From: an uncultured Prevotella sp.
Lineage (GTDB): Bacteria; Bacteroidota; Bacteroidia; Bacteroidales; Bacteroidaceae
Direction of reading: 5' to 3'
Assembly (NCBI GenBank): GCA_937906495.1
Contig: CALCVT010000140.1
Location: 7,664-71,663 of the forward strand
Length of the DNA: 64,000 nucleotides
Shown here: one piece after another, positions 22,945 through 33,140 of the stretch
Position numbering within the stretch: the first letter of the stretch is position 1
Layout of the letters: each line of letters starts with the position of its first letter
Position numbers and translations under genes: made by a program
Notes under the pieces: model-generated
What the model saw: the letters and a program-made list of their open reading frames with translations, nothing else
What the model was told of the DNA's origin: nothing
Database searches by the model: none

Positions 22945-24507
22945 TTATTTAATGTCCCATACACGCTTAAAGAAGCGGTTCCAGCGGATTCCCCCATCAA
23001 AGAGTCCGTAATCGGGGTCAAGCGATAACCACACAAAGAGTGGTTTACCAACTACGTGGTCTTCAGGCACAAAACCCCAGAAGCGGGAGTCGGCCGAATT
23101 GTCGCGGTTGTCGCCCATCATCCAATAATAGTCGAGTTTGAAGGTGTAACTTTCGGTTTGCTTGCCGTTAATGTATATTTTACCATCGCGTACCTGCAAA
23201 TCATTTCCTTCGTATACCCGGATGGGACGTTCGTAAATAGGCAGGTTTTTAAGATCGAGCTTGAGGCTTTCTCCCTTTTTAGGAATCCAGAGCGGGCCAT
23301 AGTTGGCCGAGGTCCAGTTTTTGGCCATGTTTTGCGGATAGAGCCAATCGGAGGCAGGCTTGGCTTGCTTGATTTCCGAAACCAGGTCGGGGCGCTTTTC
23401 GAGGGCTTGCTTGGCAGCCCGCGTAAGGGGCATCCACACCACATTGCCGTTGCGCGAGGTGTAAAGGTCCTCGTCGGTAATTCCTAATTCTTTTTTCAAG
23501 TCAAGGGGTATGTCTTGCTTAAAGGTCACCTCGTAGGCATATTGCACCTGTTCGGGTTCGGGGTTGGGCTTGCCGTCCAGATAAATAATATTGTTCTTAA
23601 TCTGGAGTGTTTGTCCGGGCAGGCCGACGCACCGTTTAACGTAGTTTTCGCGACGGTCGGTAGGACGCGAAACTATGTCGCCGAACTGTGCATTCTCTTG
23701 CCGCATAAAGGCAGTACCTGCTGCATAGAGCTGCTGGTAAGCCGCCTGCTGCTGAGCATAGCTCATGCTGTCGGTTATAGCCGATGAGAGGAACTGGGGC
23801 AACTCATTGGGATTGTCGGTATTGGTGGCCAACAACTGATCGCCCATCTGGTAGGCCATACGGTAGTAGTCCTGGTTTTGCTGATTAAGAGCTACGGTAT
23901 CGCCTGCGGGATAGTTGAACACAACTATGTCGTTGAGCTGCACTTGGCCTAACCCCTTTACACGTCGATACTCCCAATGGGGCCACTCGCTATAGCTGCG
24001 ACAATTCAATATAGGCAGGGTATGTTGCGTTAGCGGCATGTAGAGCGGTGTTTGGGGCACACGCGGACCATACGACAGTTTGGACACCAAAAGGTAGTCG
24101 CCTGTCAAAAGGGTTTTTTCGAGCGAGGAGGAGGGTATCACAAAGTTCTGAAAAAAGAACTGATTGAGAAAGTAGATGGCCACCAGGGCAAAAACAATAG
24201 CATCGACCCAACTCATCAGGAAACGAGTAACAGGCCCTACCTCGGGCTCACGCCACCAGCCCCATTTAATGCGGCGCGAAATGTATAGGTCGTAGATAAA
24301 GGGAAGGACCAGTAGCCCCCACCAGGAACCTACCCAGTAAAGAAAAAGGCAATAAAGGGAGGTGGCAACGCCAAACTTAACCCAACTCATGGTGGTTGGA
24401 CGCTTAGACGATTGCGAAGAGGAGCCGTTGGCTTTGCCGGACGGCTTGTCGGTTGACGGAGTCATAGAATTTGCTGTGATATGCGGCCTCTTGATTGCTT
24501 GCAACAC
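22945..24507 (-). CDS. lepB: Signal peptidase I
   Basis: Contains IPSSSLEKTL (Ser box), YVKRCVGLPGQ (Lys box) and GDNRDNSADSRFWGFVPEDHVVGKP (box E). The start is uncertain (alternative Mets at 24465 and 24390). Confidence 0.9.
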   Translation of the reverse strand: MLQAIKRPHITANSMTPSTDKPSGKANGSSSQSSKRPTTMSWVKFGVATSLYCLFLYWVGSWWGLLVLPFIYDLYISRRIKWGWWREPEVGPVTRFLMSWVDAIVFALVAIYFLNQFFFQNFVIPSSSLEKTLLTGDYLLVSKLSYGPRVPQTPLYMPLTQHTLPILNCRSYSEWPHWEYRRVKGLGQVQLNDIVVFNYPAGDTVALNQQNQDYYRMAYQMGDQLLATNTDNPNELPQFLSSAITDSMSYAQQQAAYQQLYAAGTAFMRQENAQFGDIVSRPTDRRENYVKRCVGLPGQTLQIKNNIIYLDGKPNPEPEQVQYAYEVTFKQDIPLDLKKELGITDEDLYTSRNGNVVWMPLTRAAKQALEKRPDLVSEIKQAKPASDWLYPQNMAKNWTSANYGPLWIPKKGESLKLDLKNLPIYERPIRVYEGNDLQVRDGKIYINGKQTESYTFKLDYYWMMGDNRDNSADSRFWGFVPEDHVVGKPLFVWLSLDPDYGLFDGGIRWNRFFKRVWDIK

Positions 24508-24530
24508 CTGCCTGCAATCTGTATAGCCTG

Positions 24531-25286
24531 TTAGAAGTTGAAAAGATCGTCAGTAGTGAGCAGGCCTTCGTGATTGGCCGTAAACTCAGCTGCCAAAACG
24601 GCACCAAGTGCAAAACCACTGCGATTATGGGCCGAATGGGTAATTTGAATCATATCGGCAGGCGAGTCGTAGGTGATGGTGTGGATGCCTGGAACCTCGC
24701 CTTCACGTATGGCATCTATGCGCAACATATTTTGAGGCTGCTCCTTGCTGCCGCTGATAGTACCATCGGCATTAAGGACTTGCCCTTTTACCCAATCGGT
24801 TTTACGGTCCAACTCGTTGCATATTTGCTCTGCCAACGTAATTGCAGTACCACTGGGCGCATCGAGTTTATGTATGTGGTGCGTCTCTACTTCATTTACA
24901 TCGTATACGGGGTAGGCATTCATAATACGGGCCAGATATTTGTTGACTGCCGAGAAAATGGCCACACCTAACGAGAAGTTCGAAGCCCAAAACAAGGTAT
25001 GCCCCTGTTTGGTACAAGCTCTTCGCACATCGGCCTCGTGCTCCTTAAGCCATCCGGTACTGCCACTCACAACCTTTACGCCCTGTTCCCAGGCACGAAG
25101 GTAGTTTGCATAAGCTGCTTGCGGATTGGTAAATTCGATGGCAACTTCGGCACTGCGAAAGGCATCGCTGTCAAAATCCTGTAAATTGTCCACATCAATC
25201 ACCGACACAATTTCGTGTCCGCGCTGAAGGGCTATCTGCTCGATAATATGGCCCATTTTGCCATAACCTATCAATGCTATTCTCAT
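24531..25286 (-). CDS. dapB: 4-hydroxy-tetrahydrodipicolinate reductase
   Basis: 251 aa with an N-terminal Rossmann motif MRIALIGYGKMGH and a DapB C-terminal domain (HHIHKLDAPSGTA). Confidence 0.9.
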   Translation of the reverse strand: MRIALIGYGKMGHIIEQIALQRGHEIVSVIDVDNLQDFDSDAFRSAEVAIEFTNPQAAYANYLRAWEQGVKVVSGSTGWLKEHEADVRRACTKQGHTLFWASNFSLGVAIFSAVNKYLARIMNAYPVYDVNEVETHHIHKLDAPSGTAITLAEQICNELDRKTDWVKGQVLNADGTISGSKEQPQNMLRIDAIREGEVPGIHTITYDSPADMIQITHSAHNRSGFALGAVLAAEFTANHEGLLTTDDLFNF

Positions 25287-25327
25287 AAATCTGCGATATG
25301 AAAGGTTTACGTGTCGTTATTTATTGG

Positions 25328-25335
25328 CAAAAGTA
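25328..25335 (-). promoter_or_regulatory. -7 promoter box for dapB operon
   Basis: The minus strand reads TACTTTTG (TAnnTTTG), 42 nt upstream of the dapB ATG. Confidence 0.4.
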
Positions 25336-25545
25336 ATGCTTTTCGGCATGACTCACAAATTTAAGCTACCTAAAGTGTCTTTATGCAAACTGCTGCGGAC
25401 TTTACACAATGCACCGCCACAAGGTGCCATTACGACACCATGCAGCGGTGCATCTGTATTCTGCCTGCACAACCGGTAACTCCAATGGGCTACTCCATCA
25501 AACGAAGATAAACAAAATATGGGGGAGTTTCCGGTGCCGGAAGGC

Positions 25546-26253
25546 TTAACTATCAAGATAGTAATCGATCGAGGTGACCACACGCACCTTTTTGAGGTAG
25601 GGCGTATACTGGTCGCGATTTTCAATAGAGAACAGGCCTTGGGTTGCATTCTTGATTTTTCCCAACTCACTACCCGAATCGCTGGCAAACTTGGCAGCAG
25701 CCTCACGGGCATTGCGGGTAGCCTCTTCGATCATGGCAGGCTTAATCTTATTTAGGCTCGTAAATTCATATTCTACCTGCGAACCATAATCGCCCGCCGA
25801 TATGGCTATACCCTGCTTTAGGAGTTCACCTACACGCGACATAAGTTGCCTTACTTTATCTACTTGCGAAGACGATACGGTGATAACGTTCGTCACGTTG
25901 TAGCGGTCGCGCGCAATTACATCAGACGAGGCATAACGGTCTGCATGCAAATCGACTATTTGAGGAGCACTTGTACTAATGTTCTTAGGCTGCAAACCAT
26001 TGCGTATCAGAAACTCCGAAATTTTTTGATTCACGGAGTTGATGTGCGCATAAATCTGCTGCAAGTCGTTACCCGTTGTTTTGTAAACAATGGGCCATAT
26101 CACATGGTCGGCTTTTACCTCGCGCTCAGCCAGCCCCCGTACCGAAACAAAACGATCTTTGGAAGCAAAGGACGAAAGCCCCATATTAAGACATACTCCA
26201 AGCAAAAGGATGCCCAACGCCAGTATAACGGCTTCGATTCTGTAGTTTTTCAT
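25546..26253 (-). CDS. SIMPL (DUF541) domain-containing protein
   Basis: 235 aa with an N-terminal TM or signal helix. The overall pattern (RFVSVRGLAEREVKAD...ATRNAREAA.KFA) is as I recall for SIMPL/26-kDa periplasmic antigen family proteins. Confidence 0.55.
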   Translation of the reverse strand: MKNYRIEAVILALGILLLGVCLNMGLSSFASKDRFVSVRGLAEREVKADHVIWPIVYKTTGNDLQQIYAHINSVNQKISEFLIRNGLQPKNISTSAPQIVDLHADRYASSDVIARDRYNVTNVITVSSSQVDKVRQLMSRVGELLKQGIAISAGDYGSQVEYEFTSLNKIKPAMIEEATRNAREAAAKFASDSGSELGKIKNATQGLFSIENRDQYTPYLKKVRVVTSIDYYLDS

Positions 26254-26402
26254 AAGCTGATAGTTAGATATTCAATGGCAAATATAAGCGATGCTATCTT
26301 AGCTTACAAGCGTTTAATATTCTTTATTATCCATCGAAACTTTCAACTGCAACACCAACAGCCAATAAAAAACTTTATGACAGAATCAAACAGTAACTAA
26401 AC

Positions 26403-27443
26403 CTATTGCTCAGGCTCCACCTTTTCGGCATGATTCCGAATCAACGGACGGGTAGACTCCATGATGTCGAAGAGTTCGGCCACGGTTTCGGCTCGAAGCA
26501 TAGCTATGCGCGTTGCTCTAAAGTTGGGCAATCCTTTAAATAAGGGCGTGGCTGCTAAATGGCGACGAATGTGCAAAATACCCCGGTATTCATCAATGCG
26601 CTCTACGCTTTGGCGCACCTGTTCCTTGAGTACGTCAAGCTTCCAGTCGGGAGTCATTGGAGCATAGTCTGAAGGTATCACAGCATCGACGGAATGTGTA
26701 TCGGCATGCAGCTCATCGTGTATCTCTTTAAATATCCACGGACGACCAAAGGTAGCCCGTCCTACCATCACCGCGTCGACACCATATTTTTCGAAGGCTT
26801 CGCGAGCTCCTGTACCCGAGGTTATGTCGCCGTTTCCAATAATGGGGATATGCATACGCGGATTACGCTTGATTTCGCCGATTAAGGTCCAGTCAGCTTC
26901 GCCGGTATACATTTGTGCACGCGTACGCCCATGTACCGTAAGGGCTTGTATGCCGCAGTCCTGCAACTGTTCGGCCAAAGGCACGATAATGCGGCTCGAC
27001 GAATCCCAGCCAAGACGGGTTTTGGCAGTTACGGGTACATCGACAGCATCGACCACCGCACGTGTAATTTCGAGCATTCGGGGAACGTCTTGCAGCAAAC
27101 CGGCACCAGCCCCCTTGCCTGCCACACGCTTAACCGGACAGCCAAAGTTTATATCCAGTACGTCCGGCTGGGCACGCTCTACAACAATTTGTGCAGCATC
27201 GCGCACGGCAATGGGGTCCTTACCGTATATTTGAATGGCTACCGGACGCTCGGATTCGCAAACGGTGAGTTTCTCAAGACTCTTGTTAACCATACGAACC
27301 AAAGCATCAGCTGCAACAAACTCCGAATAAACCATCGAAGCTCCCAAATGGCGGCAAAGCAATCGGAAACCTATGTCGGTAACATCCTCCATGGGGGCTA
27401 ATACTACCGGACGGTCGCCTAAATCTAATTTTCCTATATGCAT
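26403..27443 (-). CDS. dusB: tRNA dihydrouridine synthase DusB
   Basis: 346 aa TIM-barrel flavoenzyme: VLAPMEDVTDIGFR, DINFGCPVKRV (catalytic Cys), LTVHGRTRAQMY. Confidence 0.9.
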   Translation of the reverse strand: MHIGKLDLGDRPVVLAPMEDVTDIGFRLLCRHLGASMVYSEFVAADALVRMVNKSLEKLTVCESERPVAIQIYGKDPIAVRDAAQIVVERAQPDVLDINFGCPVKRVAGKGAGAGLLQDVPRMLEITRAVVDAVDVPVTAKTRLGWDSSSRIIVPLAEQLQDCGIQALTVHGRTRAQMYTGEADWTLIGEIKRNPRMHIPIIGNGDITSGTGAREAFEKYGVDAVMVGRATFGRPWIFKEIHDELHADTHSVDAVIPSDYAPMTPDWKLDVLKEQVRQSVERIDEYRGILHIRRHLAATPLFKGLPNFRATRIAMLRAETVAELFDIMESTRPLIRNHAEKVEPEQ

Positions 27444-27474
27444 GTATCTGTTTTGCTATTTGCTGTAATAATTT

Positions 27475-28335
27475 TTACTTAAGTGTGCGCCATGCATTGA
27501 GCAGGCCTAAACCGACATGGAGCAATCCAAGCGCAATAACTGCTTCTACGGGCCAGTTGTCGGCAAAACTGAGTGCATCGGGCCATTGTAAAAAGACCAC
27601 TGCAAAAACATTGTTGGCTATATGAGCCGAAAGACAAAGCCAAAGATTGCCTGTGCGCAAATAAAAAAGGCCTAAAACAACTCCTATCAGGAATGCGGGA
27701 ACCATTTGGGCTGGATTGCCATGCACCACTGCAAAGGCTGCTGCTGCAATTATGGCCGAGAGCCACGGCGAAAGCCCTTTACGATGCAAACTACGCACAA
27801 TACCTACCCGAAACACCAGTTCTTCGGCTAACGGGCCTACCAAACAAAGCTGGATAAGGCTGAGCGGATGTGCCAACATGGCGCGGAACAAATCGGAACT
27901 GCCCTCATCTGCCAAATCAAAGGGCTTGAGCAACAACGACAACCCGAAGGCTAACAATGTAACAGACAACACCGCAAAGCATACCTTACGCCCCAAAACA
28001 GCAGTTGGCATGGTCACCAATGCCGAAGGGGCATCTGTCAACTGATGCCCCGTAGCTGCCGATGTCGAAGAGGAGACGGCAGGCTGACATGACTTTACAG
28101 CCGAAACTTGGCGAAGCTTATCGAAACGGGGCTGCAACTTGTAATACCAAGTCCACAGTACGATACTAAGCAAAGCCTCGGTTATAAAAAGTGCCAGGCA
28201 CATAGCTGCAGGGGTAGCATGTGTGGCAGCTGTTACACCACCTCCCGACACATTATTTACAGATAGCAGCACAGCTAAAAGCGATGCTGCCACCTGAAAT
28301 CCGATAAAAAGCAGAAAGACTATGAGGGCCGTCAT
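27475..28335 (-). CDS. CPBP family intramembrane glutamic endopeptidase (CAAX protease-like)
   Basis: Polytopic membrane protein with motif 1 PLAEELVFR and motif 2 FAVVHG. It has a 4-nt overlap with ribF. Confidence 0.8.
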   Translation of the reverse strand: MTALIVFLLFIGFQVAASLLAVLLSVNNVSGGGVTAATHATPAAMCLALFITEALLSIVLWTWYYKLQPRFDKLRQVSAVKSCQPAVSSSTSAATGHQLTDAPSALVTMPTAVLGRKVCFAVLSVTLLAFGLSLLLKPFDLADEGSSDLFRAMLAHPLSLIQLCLVGPLAEELVFRVGIVRSLHRKGLSPWLSAIIAAAAFAVVHGNPAQMVPAFLIGVVLGLFYLRTGNLWLCLSAHIANNVFAVVFLQWPDALSFADNWPVEAVIALGLLHVGLGLLNAWRTLK

Positions 28336-29285
28336 TGGTCAGAAAGCATTTGACGAACGGTGTCTGCATCGATTGCTAATTGTCGCTGCAAGTCCTCGAT
28401 ACTGTTAAAGCGTTGTTCATCGCGCACCCGGCGGTAAAAATAGAGTTTAAGCTGCTGTCCGTACAATGAGTCCCCTGTATAGTCGAGCAGGTGAGCCTCG
28501 ATTGTTTGATCAGACCCATTGTCGAGAGTTGGACGCCACCCGATGTTGACCATTGCCATATAGCTAAAACCTTCGACATAAGCACGCACAGCATATACTC
28601 CACGCCCAGGAACAAGTTGTTCCTCACAGTCAGGACGCAGATTGGCGGTAGGAAATCCCATGAGTGAACCTGCATGATGTCCTTCAACAACTTTGCCTTC
28701 AAGCAAATAGGGACGTCCGAGGCAGGCTCTCGCCATCTCGACATTGCCTCCGGTAAGAAAGCGTCGCGTAGCCGATGAACTGACACGTAAATCGTCGGCA
28801 TCAAAAGGACGTTCGCGCAATACCTCAATCCCGAGTTCACGACCATACTTTACATATTCCTTATAGCCGGACGAAAGGTCGGAACCAAAATGGTGGTCGT
28901 AGCCTATCAGCAAGCATTTCACACCCAACTCATCACGCAATACCAGCTCCATGAAATCGCGCGAGGTAAGCATCGACATACGCTGATCAAAGTGGAGCAT
29001 GGCACAGCCGGCCAAACCACTGGCTTCGAGCAAATGCAACTTCTCGGCATTCGTTGTTAACAATTCGGGCCAGTAGTGTGTATGCGACAATGCCAGGCGC
29101 GGATGTTCTTCAAAGGTCACCACGATAGGCTGCAAGCCGCGCCTGGCTGCTTCGGCCTTGATTTGATCAATCAGATAAAGGTGTCCGCGATGTACTCCGT
29201 CGAAAAAACCGATGGCCGCGCAGTATCCTTGCGTGGCTTCGGTATGACGGTGAAAACTATGGAAGGAGTAATTTGCCATTTTCAT
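28332..29285 (-). CDS. ribF: Bifunctional riboflavin kinase / FMN adenylyltransferase
   Basis: Contains GFFDGVHRGH (nucleotidyltransferase HxGH) and a C-terminal riboflavin kinase domain (GFPTANL, IEAHLLD). Start chosen at MKMANYSF (alternative 29279). The longer ORF to 29339 overlaps the HAD gene. Confidence 0.9.
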   Translation of the reverse strand: MKMANYSFHSFHRHTEATQGYCAAIGFFDGVHRGHLYLIDQIKAEAARRGLQPIVVTFEEHPRLALSHTHYWPELLTTNAEKLHLLEASGLAGCAMLHFDQRMSMLTSRDFMELVLRDELGVKCLLIGYDHHFGSDLSSGYKEYVKYGRELGIEVLRERPFDADDLRVSSSATRRFLTGGNVEMARACLGRPYLLEGKVVEGHHAGSLMGFPTANLRPDCEEQLVPGRGVYAVRAYVEGFSYMAMVNIGWRPTLDNGSDQTIEAHLLDYTGDSLYGQQLKLYFYRRVRDEQRFNSIEDLQRQLAIDADTVRQMLSDQ

Positions 29286-29895
29286 CAAAATATTTAAACC
29301 ATTGGCTGCCAGCGGGTGCCAAGAGCGACTGCATGCCACAACGACGCGCAGCCTCGCAGTTTACTTCGCTGTCGTCAAAGAACAAAATATCGGAAGCCGG
29401 TACGCCCAGTTCTTTAATAACAGCCTCATAGAGTTCGGGAGCCGGTTTTTCGAGTCCCATTTCGCACGAAAGGAAGATGTGGTCGAAAAAATCGCCAACC
29501 TGGTGTCCTTGATAAGCAAAAAACTCATCACGGGCCTGACGCCAATGTATCTGGTTTGTATTACTGAGTAGATTCAATGGGTAATGCTGCTTTATTTTGA
29601 GCAACATGTCGAGACGTTCGGCTGGTACACCCGGCAGGAAACTCTCCCATGCACTTACTATCGCTTGATCCGTAGTATCAAGACGACCCGTAATTTGACG
29701 TATCTCGTTACAGAATTCGGGAATGCTCATTTTGCCTTGCTCAATCAGCGAAAACGGACCTGCCTGACGGTATGCACCCAAATACTTGGTTATATCTAAG
29801 CCAATAGCATTAAACTCTCTGACGCAACGTTCACGGTCTAAGTCGACCAATACGCCGCCAAAATCGAATAATAAGGTCATCATGTTGCACTGCAA
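29257..29895 (-). CDS. HAD-IA family hydrolase
   Basis: DxD motif in LLFDFGGVLVD, LLSNTN (motif II) and FFDDS (motif IV). Confidence 0.8.
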   Translation of the reverse strand: MQCNMMTLLFDFGGVLVDLDRERCVREFNAIGLDITKYLGAYRQAGPFSLIEQGKMSIPEFCNEIRQITGRLDTTDQAIVSAWESFLPGVPAERLDMLLKIKQHYPLNLLSNTNQIHWRQARDEFFAYQGHQVGDFFDHIFLSCEMGLEKPAPELYEAVIKELGVPASDILFFDDSEVNCEAARRCGMQSLLAPAGSQWFKYFDENGKLLLP

Positions 29896-29897
29896 GG

Positions 29898-31133
29898 TTA
29901 TTTAGACTGAACAAGTTTATAGAGTTTGTCGGAGGGACGCACTTTTTCGGGCACAGGAATTGAAACACGCATTCCCTTTACTGCCTTTTCGGTAGGGCCA
30001 TTATCGCCATGAATATCTGTTGCCTCCACATAGAGTACGCCTGTAGTCGGTCCGGTTATCAGCAGTTTATCACCTACATTAATCTCGCCGGCTTCTATAT
30101 AGAACTCTCCTACTCCTAACTTCGAAAAATACTTCATGCCTTTGCCTACATACTGTTTCTTTTCGGTAGCACTCGAACCATACACCTCGCTCCACTCGCC
30201 AAGGCGCTGACCCAGATAATAGCCGTCCCAAAAACCGCGATTAAATACGGTAGAAAGGCGTTTATTCCACTCTTCTACCCTTTCAGGAGTAAAGGTGCCG
30301 TTGTTGACAGCCTCGATAGCCTCTTTGTAACAACGCACTACGGTATATACATATTCGGCACTACGGGCACGACCTTCGATCTTGAATACGCGCACACCTG
30401 CGGCCATCATTTTGTCGATGAATCCAATGGTTTTCAAATCCTTCGGACTCATAATATACTTATTGTCTACATCCAGTTCTACACCTGTTTCACGGTCGCG
30501 AACGGTGTAACTGCGCCGGCACACCTGCATACACTCTCCACGATTGGCCGAACGCCCCAGGTTATCAAGCGAGAGATAACACTTTCCGCTAACGGCCATG
30601 CACAATGCACCGTGGCAAAACATCTCGATGCGAATGGGGTTGCCCTTGGGACCACACACCTGCTCACGAACGATTGTTTCGTGAATAGCGGCTACCTGGT
30701 CGAGATTGAGCTCGCGGGCCAATACTGCAACGTCAGCAAAACGCGCATAAAACTTGAGTGCCTCAGCATTAGATATATTTAGCTGGGTAGACAAGTGGAC
30801 TTCCTGCCCTATTTGGTTACAATAGGTCATTACGGCTACATCGCAGGCTATGATGGCCGAAATTCCGGCCTCATGAGCAGCATCGCAAATGTGGTGCATC
30901 AGTTCGATATCCTCGTCGTATATAATGGTATTGACCGTTAAATACGACTTAACGCCCTGTGCTGCGCACTGCGTAGCTATGTCGTGCAAATCGGTTATCG
31001 TAAAACGGCTGGCACTGTGCGCACGCATATTCAGAGTTTCAATGCCAAAGTAAATGGAGTCGGCTCCTGCCTGAAGGGCTGCTGCCAGCGCTTCGCGCGA
31101 GCCTACGGGAGCCATTACTTCATAAGTATTCAT
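29898..31133 (-). CDS. Peptidase U32 family protein (possible Fe-S dependent RNA hydroxylase class)
   Basis: 411 aa. EMFCHGALCMAVSGKCYLS matches the U32 signature E-x-F-x-H-G-[SA]-[LIVM]-C-x4-G-x-C-x-[LIVM]-S. Confidence 0.85.
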   Translation of the reverse strand: MNTYEVMAPVGSREALAAALQAGADSIYFGIETLNMRAHSASRFTITDLHDIATQCAAQGVKSYLTVNTIIYDEDIELMHHICDAAHEAGISAIIACDVAVMTYCNQIGQEVHLSTQLNISNAEALKFYARFADVAVLARELNLDQVAAIHETIVREQVCGPKGNPIRIEMFCHGALCMAVSGKCYLSLDNLGRSANRGECMQVCRRSYTVRDRETGVELDVDNKYIMSPKDLKTIGFIDKMMAAGVRVFKIEGRARSAEYVYTVVRCYKEAIEAVNNGTFTPERVEEWNKRLSTVFNRGFWDGYYLGQRLGEWSEVYGSSATEKKQYVGKGMKYFSKLGVGEFYIEAGEINVGDKLLITGPTTGVLYVEATDIHGDNGPTEKAVKGMRVSIPVPEKVRPSDKLYKLVQSK

Positions 31134-31295
31134 AGGTTTGGTACTAAAGGGCTAACCTGCCGAAACTCTGGAGGTTGCCCGGGGTTAATCGAATGTGGCA
31201 AAGCCACAAGGTCTGCAACTTTTTTTACTTTAAAACAGCGCATACCCCCAAGAGGGTTAACACTTACAGACTTATAGATATGTGGCTTTATACTG

Positions 31296-31303
31296 CAAAG
31301 GTA
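31296..31303 (-). promoter_or_regulatory. Candidate -7 box for the U32-HAD-ribF-CPBP-dusB operon
   Basis: The minus strand reads TACCTTTG. This implies a leader of about 155 nt before the U32 ATG at 31133. Confidence 0.3.
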
Positions 31304-31545
31304 GTGCAAAGCGGGGGCCTATAAAAGTAAATACCTTGTTTTTTATGCCTTACCGGCCGGCCCACTGCAGCAAAAGGGGGAAAAACATGGAATACTGCAA
31401 TACTACCGATAACACCGTCACAACCTCTGCATTCAACTACTCCGACAGCATATACACAAGGCCTTACAAGGCAAATGCCCTGCCACCGGGCCTGGCAGCA
31501 AAAGCATGGCTTGCGCTGCGCCTGATGGTAGAGCATCATTGCTTT

Positions 31546-32628
31546 TTATAAATTTACTTGTGCCTCGTTTATCATACGGCGCACATAGTCGGGGTCTGAA
31601 TTTGGACAAACCAACAATACATTGCCCTGCTGTGCCAAAAGAAAACCGTCAAGCCCAGCCACTACAGCCTTCATACTGTCGGGCAAAGCTACTGTACAGT
31701 TTTGAGTGCCGTTAAAAATAACTTTTGACTTTCCGCTCACAGTATTGCCGTCAACATCCTTGCTACTCACATCGTGCAAACCGGGCCAACAACCCACATC
31801 GGCCCACCCAAAGTCGCACACCTGCACTGCTGCATTCTCACAGCCTTCGAGTACAAAAAGGTCTATCTGCCGAGGCATGCGGTCGGTAAAGCTGGAACGC
31901 ACATAAGCTACCTCCTCGGCTATGGTAACCATTTGCCGGGCCAATGTTTCAACCGATTGCGATGTACGGTTGAGCAACTTGTCTAACCGGCGGCCCATCG
32001 TTTCGCCCTTCCACATAAATATACCCGTGTTCCAAAGAAACTCACCACTCTCCTTAAAGAGGCGTGCATATTCAAGTTCGGGCTTTTCGGTAAACGACTT
32101 TACACGATAAAAGTTGGCTTCGCTCTCTTGTTCTCCCATCTGTATATAGCCATAGGCTGTATTGAGGGCCGTGGGGCGCACACCTATAGCCAAAAAATCA
32201 TCGTGGGTAGACACATACTCAAAACCTTTTTGTATTTGCGCTTCAAAACGGTCTGTGTGCTGAATGAGTTGGTCGGCCGGACTTACTACCAGGTTGGCTT
32301 CGGGGTCGGCCAGCACTGCATGCCACGTACCCCATATTGCTGCAGGCGCAGTGTTGAGCTGCACGGGTTCGGGTAGGATATTCTCGGCCGGAAGTTGTGG
32401 AAGTTGCTGCTTTACCAGCGCTACATAGTCCTCAAAGGTCGATACATATATATGCTCCAGGGGCATGAAGTGTGCAAAACGGTCGAATGTCTGCTGCAAC
32501 AAGGTACGTCCGGTTCCAAAAAAGTCGAGGAATTGTTTGGGATACTCTTTCCGGCTCACCGGCCACAACCGGCGTCCTACTCCTCCGGCCAAAATGATGC
32601 AATAGTTCTTCTGCTGTGCTTCCATCAT
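31546..32628 (-). CDS. Mannose-1-phosphate guanylyltransferase (sugar nucleotidyltransferase)
   Basis: Start chosen at MMEAQQKNYCIILAGGVGRRLWPVSRKEYPKQF, which carries the GGxGxRLWP nucleotidyltransferase motif. About 360 aa. Confidence 0.8.
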   Translation of the reverse strand: MMEAQQKNYCIILAGGVGRRLWPVSRKEYPKQFLDFFGTGRTLLQQTFDRFAHFMPLEHIYVSTFEDYVALVKQQLPQLPAENILPEPVQLNTAPAAIWGTWHAVLADPEANLVVSPADQLIQHTDRFEAQIQKGFEYVSTHDDFLAIGVRPTALNTAYGYIQMGEQESEANFYRVKSFTEKPELEYARLFKESGEFLWNTGIFMWKGETMGRRLDKLLNRTSQSVETLARQMVTIAEEVAYVRSSFTDRMPRQIDLFVLEGCENAAVQVCDFGWADVGCWPGLHDVSSKDVDGNTVSGKSKVIFNGTQNCTVALPDSMKAVVAGLDGFLLAQQGNVLLVCPNSDPDYVRRMINEAQVNL

Positions 32629-33095
32629 GATGATTGATGTCTTTATAAGTTGGTATTTTTCAAGGTGTACCATTGCCGGCTTTTTACTGCACGGCATGAT
32701 GGGTCATCATCTGTTGCGAAGATAAGTATTTTTCGAGGGGTCGAACGGACTATTCCATTTAAAAATACCAAAAAAGGAGTTCTCGAACTATTGTGGGGTG
32801 CTTTCAGCCAATTTACAACTATACCTTCAGGCTTTGTTCTACCTGGTCTGAAGTTTTTATAACCGACAGAGCATAGCAATTAAGCATGATTGCCTACACA
32901 AGATACAAAACGGCTGAGGCTTTCATTCCTCATTTGTATGCAGCAGCAGACACTACTTCAAAGAAACACCACTCCAACAGCCTCAACCATACAGAAAGAG
33001 CCGTGAAGACTTCAACACCTCTTGCAAAAGTTTATATTCCCCTACCCTAAACAATGGGTTAAAAGCATGGGTGTTGTTGTTTTTGGCTACCCACA

Positions 33096-33132
33096 GAAAC
33101 AAAAATGGTTGATAATCGTTTGATTATCAACC
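33096..33132 (-). terminator. Rho-independent terminator downstream of tRNA-Leu
   Basis: GGTTGATAATC-loop-GATTATCAACC (11 bp) followed on the minus strand by ATTTTTGTTTC. Confidence 0.6.
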
Positions 33133-33140
33133 ATAATTAG

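Noticed and set aside
29257-29339. An 83-nt overlap between the ribF ORF and the end of the HAD hydrolase gene, considered as a frameshift or fusion.
   Set aside because: The overlap comes only from the ORF track extending ribF to the most upstream Met. Conserved RibF sequence (GFFDGVHRGH) begins shortly after the Met at 29285 or 29279, leaving a normal 23-29 nt overlap typical of coupled genes.
31282-31551. Mutually antisense 89-aa (+) and 83-aa (-) ORFs in the 412-bp spacer between the U32 and guanylyltransferase genes.
   Set aside because: Neither has a recognisable motif, signal sequence or promoter box in the right place, and each occupies the other's antisense frame. The region is better treated as the leader and promoter of the U32 operon. 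It is unexplained but not demonstrably coding.
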